Assembly: GCA_041650395.1 (NCBI GenBank)
Contig: JBAZLG010000003.1
Location: forward strand, 182,917-246,916
Length of the DNA stretch: 64,000 nucleotides
Direction of reading: 5' to 3'
Origin: Candidatus Micrarchaeia archaeon
GTDB lineage: Archaea > Micrarchaeota > Micrarchaeia > Anstonellales > VGKX01
Part shown: positions 27,698 to 36,675 of the stretch, piece after piece
How the letters are laid out: each line of letters starts with the position of its first letter
Numbering within the stretch: position 1 is the stretch's first letter
Notes under the pieces: model-generated
The model's database searches: none
Told to the model about the DNA's origin: nothing
The model's input: only the letters and a program-made list of their open reading frames with translations
Made by a program: the position numbers and the translations under genes

Positions 27698-28656
27698 TGG
27701 GCTGCACCGTAGGATTGTCGCAAACCGCCCTTGCAGCCACAGGGCCCATATTCGCCACCAGCCTTGCCGCCATAATATTCATACTCGCCCTTGTCTTCAT
27801 GTTCTCGCAGCTTTTCAGGAAGCCAGAATGGGAAGGCGCCGTTAAGATGGAGCTTTACCAGGTCGTGGTTTCGGTAATCATCTTCATATCCATCTACGCG
27901 CTCGTGGGATTCAGCTGCGAGATATCGCAGGGCTTCAACAGCGGAGTGGATTATTTCACCACAGCGCAGAACTACCTCAACCTCATGATTTACAGGGTGA
28001 CCATACCGGAGCTTTTCAAGCTCGAGACTCTCGCCACTCTCATGCAGTACGCGGGGAACATGATAAGCAAGTACGGCGCCGGCGCGTGGGGCTATAACTT
28101 CCCGCTGTTCCCCGGAGCGCCTATAATCGAGGCCGCGGTCAATTTCGTTGTCTTTGTCATCTCGCCTTTCACGGCAAGCCTGATGGTCCAGGTATTGATA
28201 CTCCAGGCGATACAGGGCATAGCCCTGACAATAATGCTTCCCGCCGGGGTCCTGCTGCGCGTGTTCACGCCCACAAGGGACGCAGGCTCTTTCCTGATAG
28301 CCTCGGCATTCGCGTTCTACGTGATTTACCCCATGACTTACGTGATGCACGCGAACGTCATGGATTACGTCATATCCAATAGCTCGAGCCTTACCTGGAA
28401 GCAGGAATTCAACCAGTACATCTCGGGGCAGAACGTCAATGGCATACAGACGGCGCCCGCGTCGCCGCAAAGCCAGCAGCAGCTTCTGGACCTGGTGTTC
28501 CTGCGGGGGCTATTGGACCTCGACTTGCTGTTCCAGCCGCTTGAGAGCCTTTCATACACCATACTTGCCGCCATTTTCCTGCCGGCGCTGTCAATGATAA
28601 TCACTACCACGTTCATCAAGGGGACCTCAAAGTTCCTCTCGCAAAAGCTCGAATGA
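27697..28656 (+). CDS. Paralog 2 of 6 of the membrane protein family
   Basis: VLLRVFTPTRDAGSFLIASAFAFYVIYP, with KMELYQVV and a C-terminal membrane tail. The ATG overlaps the paralog 1 stop (TGATG). Confidence 0.65.
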   Translation: MGCTVGLSQTALAATGPIFATSLAAIIFILALVFMFSQLFRKPEWEGAVKMELYQVVVSVIIFISIYALVGFSCEISQGFNSGVDYFTTAQNYLNLMIYRVTIPELFKLETLATLMQYAGNMISKYGAGAWGYNFPLFPGAPIIEAAVNFVVFVISPFTASLMVQVLILQAIQGIALTIMLPAGVLLRVFTPTRDAGSFLIASAFAFYVIYPMTYVMHANVMDYVISNSSSLTWKQEFNQYISGQNVNGIQTAPASPQSQQQLLDLVFLRGLLDLDLLFQPLESLSYTILAAIFLPALSMIITTTFIKGTSKFLSQKLE

Positions 28657-30233
28657 AAAACACGGGCAACAGGAGAAACAAAAAAGAGATGCAAAAAATG
28701 GACAGGAAAAGCCTGGCAATGATAGCCGCAATCGCAGTCGTGGTTGCGATATCGGGCTGCACGGCAATGGCGGGCACGCCGGCATACAAGACAGCGGAGC
28801 TTACAAACTTCGCGTCCTCATGGCAGGTCCTTGCGGTACTCGCGGTAATGATATCCCTGTTCTTCGTGGCCATAGGATACATGGCGGCGAGCCTGACCTC
28901 CGACGAGCCGTTCAAGGCCAAGGTCAAGTCGGAATTCGTCCAGGTGTTCTATTCAGCCCTCATAATCGTTTTCGCCATTGCCCTGTTCGCATCCATTGAC
29001 AGCCTTGCAAAAAGCGTGGCGCTAATAGGCGTGGACCCCGACTGGACAGCGCAGGTCAATGCGCTTTGCAAGCTTCCAAGCGACCCGGCATACCAGGGGC
29101 CCTGCCACATAGCAATCGCGCGGAATTACCTCGACATACTGTTCCAGACCGCAAAGCAGGCAAACCTGCGCATAGCAATGATAAACTCCATGGTGGCATG
29201 GCTCTCAAGCATGAGCGTTGAGTTCAGGCAGCTTGTGGACCCGTCGCCAAACTTCGTAGTCCAGCCGTTTGCAGGCATGGGCGTAATGTCAGAAACGCTT
29301 GGGACCGTATTTGACACCCTTGTCAAGCTGATGATGTTTGTCAGGTTCCAGCAGCTTTTCCTCGACCTGATTTACACGTCCATATTCCCCCTGTTCCTCT
29401 TCACGGGCGTGATACTAAGGACTTTCTTTTTCACGCGCAAGCTTGGCGGGCTGATGATTGCCATAGCCCTCGGCATGTTCATCACCTTCCCGGCGATGTA
29501 CGCGTTCACGGGTTATATACTGTACAAGACCACTGATACCACCTACAACGCGCTTCTCTTCAATGTGTCCTACGACCCCACGCAGACTGCGGCGATAGGG
29601 CAGGACAGCGGCTATGACGCTTACAAGGACGTGGGGCAGGACCCGTATTACCAGGCGGCAAGCCCGCCCGCAGTGGGGGCGTCCAATAAAATCAGCTTTG
29701 GCACGTGCCTGTCAAACCTGAAATACATGTTCACAAGCAACCAGACAATAACTGCCGCATGGCCAGGCGGGTTCGGGGGCGTGACGCTTGAGAACAGGTA
29801 TGATTCTACCGACAGGGTCAAGATATACGCTCTCGGCACGAGCAATGCCGACGAGATGAATTTCACGGACGTCAAGGGCGACAAGTACATGGTCAGGCCG
29901 GTAGTCGGCGCGCAGGGGGACCAGCTTTACATGGTATACGCCAGGTATGACGGCACGGGCGGGACCACTTTCGCGCCGCTTGAGATTATCAATTCCATAG
30001 TCAGCACTGTCACGTGGTATTTCAAAAACGACGTTTCAAGCTCGTTCGAGGCCATGGTGGCAGGAGATGACATAATAGGCTTCAACGGCCTGATTGACCA
30101 GACGTCAAGGCTGTTCCTGTTCACGCTCGTCATGCCTTTCGTCTCCCTGATGGTGACGATAGCAAGCATAAAGGTCGCGTCCCCGCTCCTTGGCGGCGAC
30201 ACCGAAATCGCGGGCCTTACAAGGATTATATAG
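28653..30233 (+). CDS. Paralog 3 of 6 (largest, 526 aa) of the membrane protein family
   Basis: VILRTFFFTRKLGGLMIAIALGMFITFP, with KSEFVQVF and C-terminus ...AGLTRII. ATGA overlap with paralog 2. Confidence 0.65.
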   Translation: MKNTGNRRNKKEMQKMDRKSLAMIAAIAVVVAISGCTAMAGTPAYKTAELTNFASSWQVLAVLAVMISLFFVAIGYMAASLTSDEPFKAKVKSEFVQVFYSALIIVFAIALFASIDSLAKSVALIGVDPDWTAQVNALCKLPSDPAYQGPCHIAIARNYLDILFQTAKQANLRIAMINSMVAWLSSMSVEFRQLVDPSPNFVVQPFAGMGVMSETLGTVFDTLVKLMMFVRFQQLFLDLIYTSIFPLFLFTGVILRTFFFTRKLGGLMIAIALGMFITFPAMYAFTGYILYKTTDTTYNALLFNVSYDPTQTAAIGQDSGYDAYKDVGQDPYYQAASPPAVGASNKISFGTCLSNLKYMFTSNQTITAAWPGGFGGVTLENRYDSTDRVKIYALGTSNADEMNFTDVKGDKYMVRPVVGAQGDQLYMVYARYDGTGGTTFAPLEIINSIVSTVTWYFKNDVSSSFEAMVAGDDIIGFNGLIDQTSRLFLFTLVMPFVSLMVTIASIKVASPLLGGDTEIAGLTRII

Positions 30234-30238
30234 TTCGC

Positions 30239-31507
30239 ATGGGAAAAATGAAAACAAAGGCAAAAGTTGGTAGGATGGCAAGGAAAAGCGGAATGAAAAA
30301 AGGGAAGGCGTCCCCTGTTGCGTTAATTGCAGCCATGGCATTCCTTGCCCTGCTTGCCACCCCGGCATTCGCCTCCATCATACCCGACCTGGGGCTCACG
30401 ACCGACGGCCTGTTCTCTAACCTCTACGCCGTGGTTTCAGGCCCGGGTGCAGACCTGTACAGCTGGGTGCCGCTGACCTCGCTCACTCTCGCGACCGCAA
30501 TACTCCTGATAGGCCTCGCCTACATGGCGGGCAGTTTCCTGCAAAACCCAAAGATAATCGCATGGGCAAAGGAAAACCTGTTCCAGGCGGGGGGCTCGGC
30601 AGTGCTGATAATCGGGTTCTTCTTCCTCCTGACAACGGTCAACGGGATTTCGCATGCCACGTTCTGCTCGCCTTCAGACCCTGCGGACTGCAACCACATA
30701 TACAAGGCCAAGGAATACGCCACGGTCGTAGGCAAGACGCTTGTCGCAAACTTCATATCCCTGAACATATTCAACATAGCGCTTAGCGTCTATGGCACTC
30801 TGCAAATCAACATCAGGCCGGGCGGGTTTGGCCTGTCCTTCTCAATTGCGCCCATGTTCAGGCCCATCATGGACGCAATGGGGCTTATCATGAACTTCCT
30901 GACTGCCGCATGGGCGGAATGGGTAGCCCAGACATTCCTGCTGGACTTCATTGAAAAGCAGATGCTTGCCATTTTCCTTCCGATAGGCATACTCCTGCGC
31001 TCGTTCCCGTTCACAAGGAGCGCGGGCGGCGCCCTGCTAGCGCTCGTGTTCGGGCTTTATTTCGTATATCCGGTCACGCTTGTGGCGAACAAGGCTATCG
31101 CGGACGCGCATTACGGCGCCTACGTGGACGGCAGCGGGAACAGCTGCACGTTCAGTTTCCTTGTGCCATGCCTTTACCAGCTGCAGGTGGGAGGCTCGAT
31201 AACGGAGTTCATACACAGCTCCGGCATCGTGGCAGGAAGCGTGGGCAGCATCGGACTGGCAGGGTACCTGATAGGCATCAAGGCATACGGCCTGCTCGCG
31301 CTTGCTGCGCCGTTGTTCGCCGCCCTCGTGCTAGGCGCGCTTGCAATCATGCTCAAGAACTTCGTGATGCAGCTCTCGTACATCATACTGGTACTGTCGC
31401 TTATGCTGCCGATATTCAACCTGTTCATAGTGATGACTTCAATAAGGGAAATGGCAAAGTTCCTCGGCTCCGACCTGAACATATCGGCGCTTTTGAGGCT
31501 GATTTGA
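30239..31507 (+). CDS. Paralog 4 of 6 of the membrane protein family (with a cleavable-looking signal peptide)
   Basis: ILLRSFPFTRSAGGALLALVFGLYFVYP, with WAKENLFQ and C-terminus ...SALLRLI. Confidence 0.65.
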   Translation: MGKMKTKAKVGRMARKSGMKKGKASPVALIAAMAFLALLATPAFASIIPDLGLTTDGLFSNLYAVVSGPGADLYSWVPLTSLTLATAILLIGLAYMAGSFLQNPKIIAWAKENLFQAGGSAVLIIGFFFLLTTVNGISHATFCSPSDPADCNHIYKAKEYATVVGKTLVANFISLNIFNIALSVYGTLQINIRPGGFGLSFSIAPMFRPIMDAMGLIMNFLTAAWAEWVAQTFLLDFIEKQMLAIFLPIGILLRSFPFTRSAGGALLALVFGLYFVYPVTLVANKAIADAHYGAYVDGSGNSCTFSFLVPCLYQLQVGGSITEFIHSSGIVAGSVGSIGLAGYLIGIKAYGLLALAAPLFAALVLGALAIMLKNFVMQLSYIILVLSLMLPIFNLFIVMTSIREMAKFLGSDLNISALLRLI

Positions 31508-31520
31508 AAGCGGAAGATTG

Positions 31521-32588
31521 ATGGGAATGGCGCAATTCGCAAACATTGCATTCGACGTATGCCAGAATTTCGGCAGCTTCCAGTCAGGCTTTGCCCCGTG
31601 GCAGGTCAACACGTTCCTTGCCCTGCTTGTGACAACCCTGTTCATAGCCATAATATACATGTTTTCGCACTTTTACAGGAACCCGCAGATGTCGGCATGG
31701 GCAAAGTTCGAGCTTTTCCAGGTAATCGTCACAGCCGTCATAGCCATAGGCGCAGTGGCGTTCATAGGCGCCACGTGCAGCTTCTCGCCCGGGGTTTTCG
31801 GGCTTACGCCGGACGCGGCGGCGAGGTATTCGGGCCAGACAATGTATTCCGCGGCGCAAAACTACCTTGAATGGCTAAGGACAACCACCCTGCTCTCCTT
31901 CACGGTTTCCTTCGCGGTCAACAGCATGCTTGGCAGGGCGCAGGGCATCACTTGGAACATGAGGCCGACGGGCGTGGGTTTCAGCACCCAGCCGTTCGCA
32001 GGAGTCACGCCCATCAGCGGTTCGGTGAACATACTCATAAACGGCATAACCCTGGCGTTCATGATAACTGTCGCGCAAAAGGCAATACTGAACTACATAA
32101 GCATAGCAATGCTCAACTACCTGCTGCCGCTTGGCATATTCTTCCGCGCGTTCGCCCCGACGCGGCAGTTCGGAGGGGCCATGATAGGCATGGCCATAGG
32201 CATGTTCATATTCTATCCAATGATGCTCGTGTTCAATGACTTTGCCGTGAGGTCGGCGATGGACCAGCTGACAAGCACAGCCACGAACCAGATGCTAAGC
32301 AACTTCAACTCCGGATTCCCGACAGACAAGGCGGGCGCGGAGGCGGCAAGGTCGGATTCGACCTCGAACATACTAAGCGACGCCACGCCCGACGCAGGAG
32401 GCAACATACCGTCCGCGGAAAATTCCTCGATAATGGTGTTCTACGTGATTAGGATAGCGTTCAACGTGTTCGTCGCCTCCGTGGTCCTGGTGGCAATAAA
32501 CTTTGCAGTGCTGATAACGGTCGTAAGGGAACTCTCAAGGATATTTGGCGAGGAAGTGGACGTGTCCTCGCTCACAAGGATGATTTGA
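31521..32588 (+). CDS. Paralog 5 of 6 of the membrane protein family
   Basis: IFFRAFAPTRQFGGAMIGMAIGMFIFYP, with WAKFELFQ and C-terminus ...SSLTRMI. The track start 31518 is TTG and the ATG is at 31521. Confidence 0.65.
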   Translation: MGMAQFANIAFDVCQNFGSFQSGFAPWQVNTFLALLVTTLFIAIIYMFSHFYRNPQMSAWAKFELFQVIVTAVIAIGAVAFIGATCSFSPGVFGLTPDAAARYSGQTMYSAAQNYLEWLRTTTLLSFTVSFAVNSMLGRAQGITWNMRPTGVGFSTQPFAGVTPISGSVNILINGITLAFMITVAQKAILNYISIAMLNYLLPLGIFFRAFAPTRQFGGAMIGMAIGMFIFYPMMLVFNDFAVRSAMDQLTSTATNQMLSNFNSGFPTDKAGAEAARSDSTSNILSDATPDAGGNIPSAENSSIMVFYVIRIAFNVFVASVVLVAINFAVLITVVRELSRIFGEEVDVSSLTRMI

Positions 32589-32589
32589 C

Positions 32590-33579
32590 ATGGCAGACCC
32601 GATAGCTATACTTTCAGGCTCCATTCTGCCCACTTGGGAGCCTTTGATACTGCTTGCGGCGTTTTCCACGTTCATGCTCGTGACCCTGCTTTACATGTTC
32701 GCGCACGTATTCAACCTGCAATCCCTCAAGCAATGGTGCAAGTCCGAATACGCGCAGGTCCTTGTGACCTTCCTGATAGCGATATTCCTCATAGGCCTTG
32801 TGACCCTCGGGCTAAGGGTCGCAACGGAATTCACCGGCTCCGTGATAAGCTCGATAGGGCTGGTAGGCTATCCGACAGGCACTACCTTATGGCCTTTTGA
32901 CATAGCAAAGGCATACGTGAACACCACTGTCCAGTGCTCGACCGAGATGTACAGGTGGATATACCACGTCAACGGCTTTGTCGAGTTCTCCGAGGGAATA
33001 AACATGGACGTCGGAGGCATAGAGCCTGCGATGGCATGGCACCTGTCAGGCCTTGTGGGCATGTTCCACATAATAGAGAGCAGGCTGAGCTATGTCATGA
33101 TGTTCGAGTACGGGTTTTACAGGCTCTTGGAGCTTTTCGAGGCCACGATGTTCACGTTCTTCCTGCCAGTGGGCCTCATACTAAGGACTTTCCCCATGAC
33201 GCGCGGCGTAGGCGGCTTCCTGATCGCCCTTGCAATAGGCGGCTACATAATTTTCCCGCTCTCGGTGGTGGCGATAGTGGCATTGCAGGGCAATGTCGCA
33301 AGCTCGTGCACAGTCAATTTCGCCGCCCTGCCAGGCATACAGACGTGCGGTGATTCGCTCACGGACGCATACCTTGTCCAGGACTACACGAGGCAGAACA
33401 TATCGCTGATATCAAACTACGCCCAACTTGCCGCAAACAAGGTGGCACTCATATATCTCCAGTCGTTCTTCTACCCGCTTGTATCGCTTGTAATACTTTT
33501 CACATTCGTCAGGCAGACGTCAAGCGTAATGGGTGCTGACCTGGCGGAACTGGGCACCGGCCTTGTGAAAATAATATAA
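32590..33579 (+). CDS. Paralog 6 of 6 of the membrane protein family
   Basis: LILRTFPMTRGVGGFLIALAIGGYIIFP, with WCKSEYAQ and C-terminus ...GTGLVKII. One nucleotide separates it from the paralog 5 stop. Confidence 0.65.
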   Translation: MADPIAILSGSILPTWEPLILLAAFSTFMLVTLLYMFAHVFNLQSLKQWCKSEYAQVLVTFLIAIFLIGLVTLGLRVATEFTGSVISSIGLVGYPTGTTLWPFDIAKAYVNTTVQCSTEMYRWIYHVNGFVEFSEGINMDVGGIEPAMAWHLSGLVGMFHIIESRLSYVMMFEYGFYRLLELFEATMFTFFLPVGLILRTFPMTRGVGGFLIALAIGGYIIFPLSVVAIVALQGNVASSCTVNFAALPGIQTCGDSLTDAYLVQDYTRQNISLISNYAQLAANKVALIYLQSFFYPLVSLVILFTFVRQTSSVMGADLAELGTGLVKII

Positions 33580-33624
33580 ACAACGTAGCGGAAGCAATAT
33601 GCAGATACCCAAAAGGTGATTTGA

Positions 33625-34269
33625 ATGCCGGCTCCTCCAAGCACTCCAAGATACTCGACTACCCCGTCGGCTTATGCGAAGCCGCCCGCGGCGACTGCGC
33701 ATTACGCGTCCCCGCCCGCGCCGCCAAAGGCCCCCGCGGGATACGCGGCCGAAGATGGCGGCAGGAAATCCTCGCCCCTCCTCTCAAGGCTCGCATTCGC
33801 GCTCGCCATAATAAGCCTTATGCTGAACGCATACCTTTTCCTTAGCGTCTCGGCCATGAAAAGCGAGGCAAGAGGGCTCATTGACGACCTCGAGGCAATG
33901 AAAAACATCCAGACCAAGGTCACTGTGCCCATAAAGCAGGACATACCCATTCAAAAGGACATCCAGGTGGCAAGCCTGTTCTCAAACAGCGTGGAGATAC
34001 CACTTGAGTTTTCCCTGCCTGTAAACGGAGTAGTTACGGGAATAACGCCGCAGGGCCTGCCCCAGTCGTTCACTTTCTCGGACCAGAAGATTCCCGTGAA
34101 GACAAGCGTGCCTGCCAACATATCCATAGGGGACGGGCAGGGCTCTACAATAAGCATAAACGAGCAGATTCCTATCGACACGAGCCTGACACTCACGGTT
34201 TCCGCAGGAGACGCGTACAAGAGCCAGCTAGACTCGATGATTTCAAGGCTGCAAAAAATAGCGGGGTAA
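33625..34269 (+). CDS. Pro/Ala-rich N-terminus, single TM, beta-rich C-terminal domain. Probably the last gene of the membrane operon.
   Basis: MPAPPSTPRYSTTPSAYAKPP... followed by the LAFALAIISLMLNAYLFLSV TM helix. Same strand, 45 nt after paralog 6. Confidence 0.5.
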   Translation: MPAPPSTPRYSTTPSAYAKPPAATAHYASPPAPPKAPAGYAAEDGGRKSSPLLSRLAFALAIISLMLNAYLFLSVSAMKSEARGLIDDLEAMKNIQTKVTVPIKQDIPIQKDIQVASLFSNSVEIPLEFSLPVNGVVTGITPQGLPQSFTFSDQKIPVKTSVPANISIGDGQGSTISINEQIPIDTSLTLTVSAGDAYKSQLDSMISRLQKIAG

Positions 34270-34354
34270 GGCACGCATGGGGCCTTCCGGCCTTTCCCCC
34301 TGATTTTTCTTTTCTTCTTCTTTCTGTTACCGCTTGACATGCGCTTAGTTTCCA

Positions 34355-35026
34355 TTATGCCTTGAGATGCTTGACGACAGCCTTCATCTGCGAGATTGCA
34401 AGAGTATGGGAATCCCCGTCCTTTTCCACGAGCGAGCTGGTTATTTCTAGCCTTTTTGAGTAGAACGGCGCGTCAAGCACGAAAGTCTCGCCTTCCCCGC
34501 CTTCAAGCGAGGGATTGATTTGCATGCGCGAGGATTTTGCCATCCTGACAAAGCCGGAGTCAAACCTCTTTCCAAGCCATTCAGGCCCGAGCCCGCCCGC
34601 TGCAACCCTAGAAAACACGGCATTGAAGTATTCCGTGACCTCCGAAACATAGGAGTCATACGTGCGCCACAGGGGGGCAAAGCTTGCAAGCCCAAGCCTG
34701 GCGCATATCTGCTCAATGCGCTGTTTTTGGTATTCGGACTCGATTGCGCCTGCCACCACGCCTTCGCAATGCCCTGCCTTTGCCTGTTTTGACAGGAAAG
34801 CCTCAAGTTCTGCAAGCTCGTTGCGGTTTTCCACGTGCAAAAAGTCAATCCCAACGCCCATTGCGCCGGCCTGTTCCCTGCAATATTTGACATTGGGGAA
34901 ATGGAACATCATCGAGTCGGATTCAGGGACGAGCGAGAGCAACCGCACTTCATGGCCCTGATACATTGCCCAGAAAGCCGAGAAGACGCTGTCCTTCCCC
35001 CCTGAAAACAACACGGTCAGTTTCAT
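34355..35026 (-). CDS. dph6: Diphthine-ammonia ligase-like PP-loop ATPase (Dph6 / MJ0570 family)
   Basis: PP-loop VLFSGGKDS at the N-terminus with an overall alpha/beta ATP pyrophosphatase pattern. Start set at Met 9 (MKLTVLF). Confidence 0.65.
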   Translation of the reverse strand: MKLTVLFSGGKDSVFSAFWAMYQGHEVRLLSLVPESDSMMFHFPNVKYCREQAGAMGVGIDFLHVENRNELAELEAFLSKQAKAGHCEGVVAGAIESEYQKQRIEQICARLGLASFAPLWRTYDSYVSEVTEYFNAVFSRVAAGGLGPEWLGKRFDSGFVRMAKSSRMQINPSLEGGEGETFVLDAPFYSKRLEITSSLVEKDGDSHTLAISQMKAVVKHLKA

Positions 35027-35236
35027 AAGAAAACCAGATAGGATATGCATTGGCGGGTTTAAATCAGCATAGGAAAATACCCAGAGGTTAGAAAGGGCAT
35101 AGAAAGTTTTCTAAGGGGGGTAGGGGGGAAATCAAGGAATCTACATTTCGCCCAGAAGCGAAATGTCAGAAGCATGTCGCAAAGCGACATGTTCTAAACC
35201 GCCAGGGGGGCGCAGCCCCCCTATGAGGTTTGTCTG

Positions 35237-35308
35237 TGGACGAGAGGGGATTTGAACCCCTGGCCTCTTCGTTGCGAACGAAGCGCTCTACCACTGAGCT
35301 ACACGCCC
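35237..35308 (-). tRNA. tRNA-Ala (anticodon CGC), 72 nt, no encoded CCA
   Basis: Reverse complement folds as GGGCGUG acceptor with the G3:U70 Ala identity pair. D GCUC/GAGC. Anticodon arm CUUCG-UUCGCAA-CGAAG. T arm AGGGG-UUCAAAU-CCCCU. Confidence 0.85.
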
Positions 35309-35469
35309 TTATCCTGCAAATAAAGTGCAAAAATCGCTACGTTAGATTAACATCTAAGTTTTTTAAAAAGCATGTTTTGGCTAAAATAAAGAATAAAGAA
35401 AAAAGGGAGGGTTTGGCGATCCAGTATGGAAAGGTTTGGATATGCTGGAGCTTAAACTCCGCCAGCCCA

Positions 35470-36567
35470 TCAGAATATGGAACTGGCGGACTCCATTGCA
35501 AACATTCCCTTCTGGGATGCCGCGCCATCGCTCGACTCCTTCGGCTTGCCGAATATGCTCGGGGACTGCTTCAGTCCAGTGACTATGGATGTCACTGTCA
35601 CGAGGTCGCCCATGTCCGGCACGAGCCTTGCCCCTATCTTCACGTTGGCGTTGGCGTCGAAGGATTCGGAAACCTTGTCGCCTATCGTTATCGCCTCGCC
35701 AAGCGTGAGGGAGGTGCTGCCCTCTACGTGCAGGAGCGCGCCAGTGGCCCCTTCATAGGAAACGTCAAGCAGCGGGTGGGAAAGTGTGGATGTCACCACC
35801 TGCTCGACCCTGTCGGAGCCCTTGCCTTCTCCTACCGAGATGAGTGCGACGCCGCCGCCCGTCATGACGCTTTTTACGTCCGCATAGTCGACATTCATGA
35901 GGGACGGGAACATGATGGTGTCCGCAATGCCCTTGACTGCGCGAGCTGTGATGGCGTCCGCCAGGTTGAAGGCGTCGTTTATCGGGATGTTGGGCGCGTA
36001 ATTGACAAGCCTGTTGTTGTCTATGACAATCACTGTGTCCGACGCCTCGACAAGCTGCTCTAGGCCCCACTGCGCTTTTTTTATCCTCGCCCTTTCAAGC
36101 GCGAACGGGTAAGTGACTATAGAGACCACGACAGCGCCCGCGTCGCGGGCCATTTTTGCCACAATGGGCGCAGCGCCAGTGCCGGTGCCGCCGCCCATGC
36201 CAGCGGTCAGGAAGACTATCTCGTTCTCGCCGAGGGCCTCTGAAAGCTTTTCCCTGGACGCTTCGGCGCACTTCTGCGCTATTTCCGGGAAGCCGCCCGC
36301 GCCAAGGCCCTTTGTGATAGACGCGCCTATGAGAACCTTCTTCTGGGACTCGATTGTCTTGAGCTGAAGATAATCAGTATTGATCGCGATTGTCGTTGCG
36401 CTCTTTATGCCCGACCTTGCTATGCGGTTGACTGTATTGCAGCCGCCGCCGCCAACGCCCACTACGGCTATCCTGACCGAATCGTTGCTCATCAGGCCCT
36501 CGTCGGGCTTGGGGGCAACTGCGGCGCCCGTGTTTTCCAGCGCCGAATTCACTATACCCTCCAGCAT
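35470..36567 (-). CDS. ftsZ: FtsZ/tubulin-family cell division GTPase (paralog A)
   Basis: GGGTGTGAAP tubulin signature plus the NTDxxAL... and VGVGGGGCNTVNR N-terminal GTP-binding loops. Confidence 0.9.
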   Translation of the reverse strand: MLEGIVNSALENTGAAVAPKPDEGLMSNDSVRIAVVGVGGGGCNTVNRIARSGIKSATTIAINTDYLQLKTIESQKKVLIGASITKGLGAGGFPEIAQKCAEASREKLSEALGENEIVFLTAGMGGGTGTGAAPIVAKMARDAGAVVVSIVTYPFALERARIKKAQWGLEQLVEASDTVIVIDNNRLVNYAPNIPINDAFNLADAITARAVKGIADTIMFPSLMNVDYADVKSVMTGGGVALISVGEGKGSDRVEQVVTSTLSHPLLDVSYEGATGALLHVEGSTSLTLGEAITIGDKVSESFDANANVKIGARLVPDMGDLVTVTSIVTGLKQSPSIFGKPKESSDGAASQKGMFAMESASSIF

Positions 36568-36675
36568 ATATCCACACCTCTTGGTTTTTCCCTGGTCGCC
36601 AATTCCGCTGAAACCCTCTGGAAATGCTTTCCTGTAAAAAAAATAAAATAAAAAAGAAAAAAGGGGGAAATCAAA

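Noticed and set aside
35230-36063. 277-aa plus-strand ORF spanning tRNA-Ala and the ftsZ 3' region
   Set aside because: Antisense shadow ORF typical of GC-rich DNA. It overlaps a confidently identified tRNA and a FtsZ gene on the other strand, and has no signal peptide, motif or plausible promoter.
36568-36675. A-rich spacer between the two ftsZ genes, considered as a possible small RNA or regulatory repeat
   Set aside because: It is simple A/T-rich intergenic sequence, consistent with a terminator for the upstream ftsZ and a promoter for the downstream one. No secondary-structure signal was seen.
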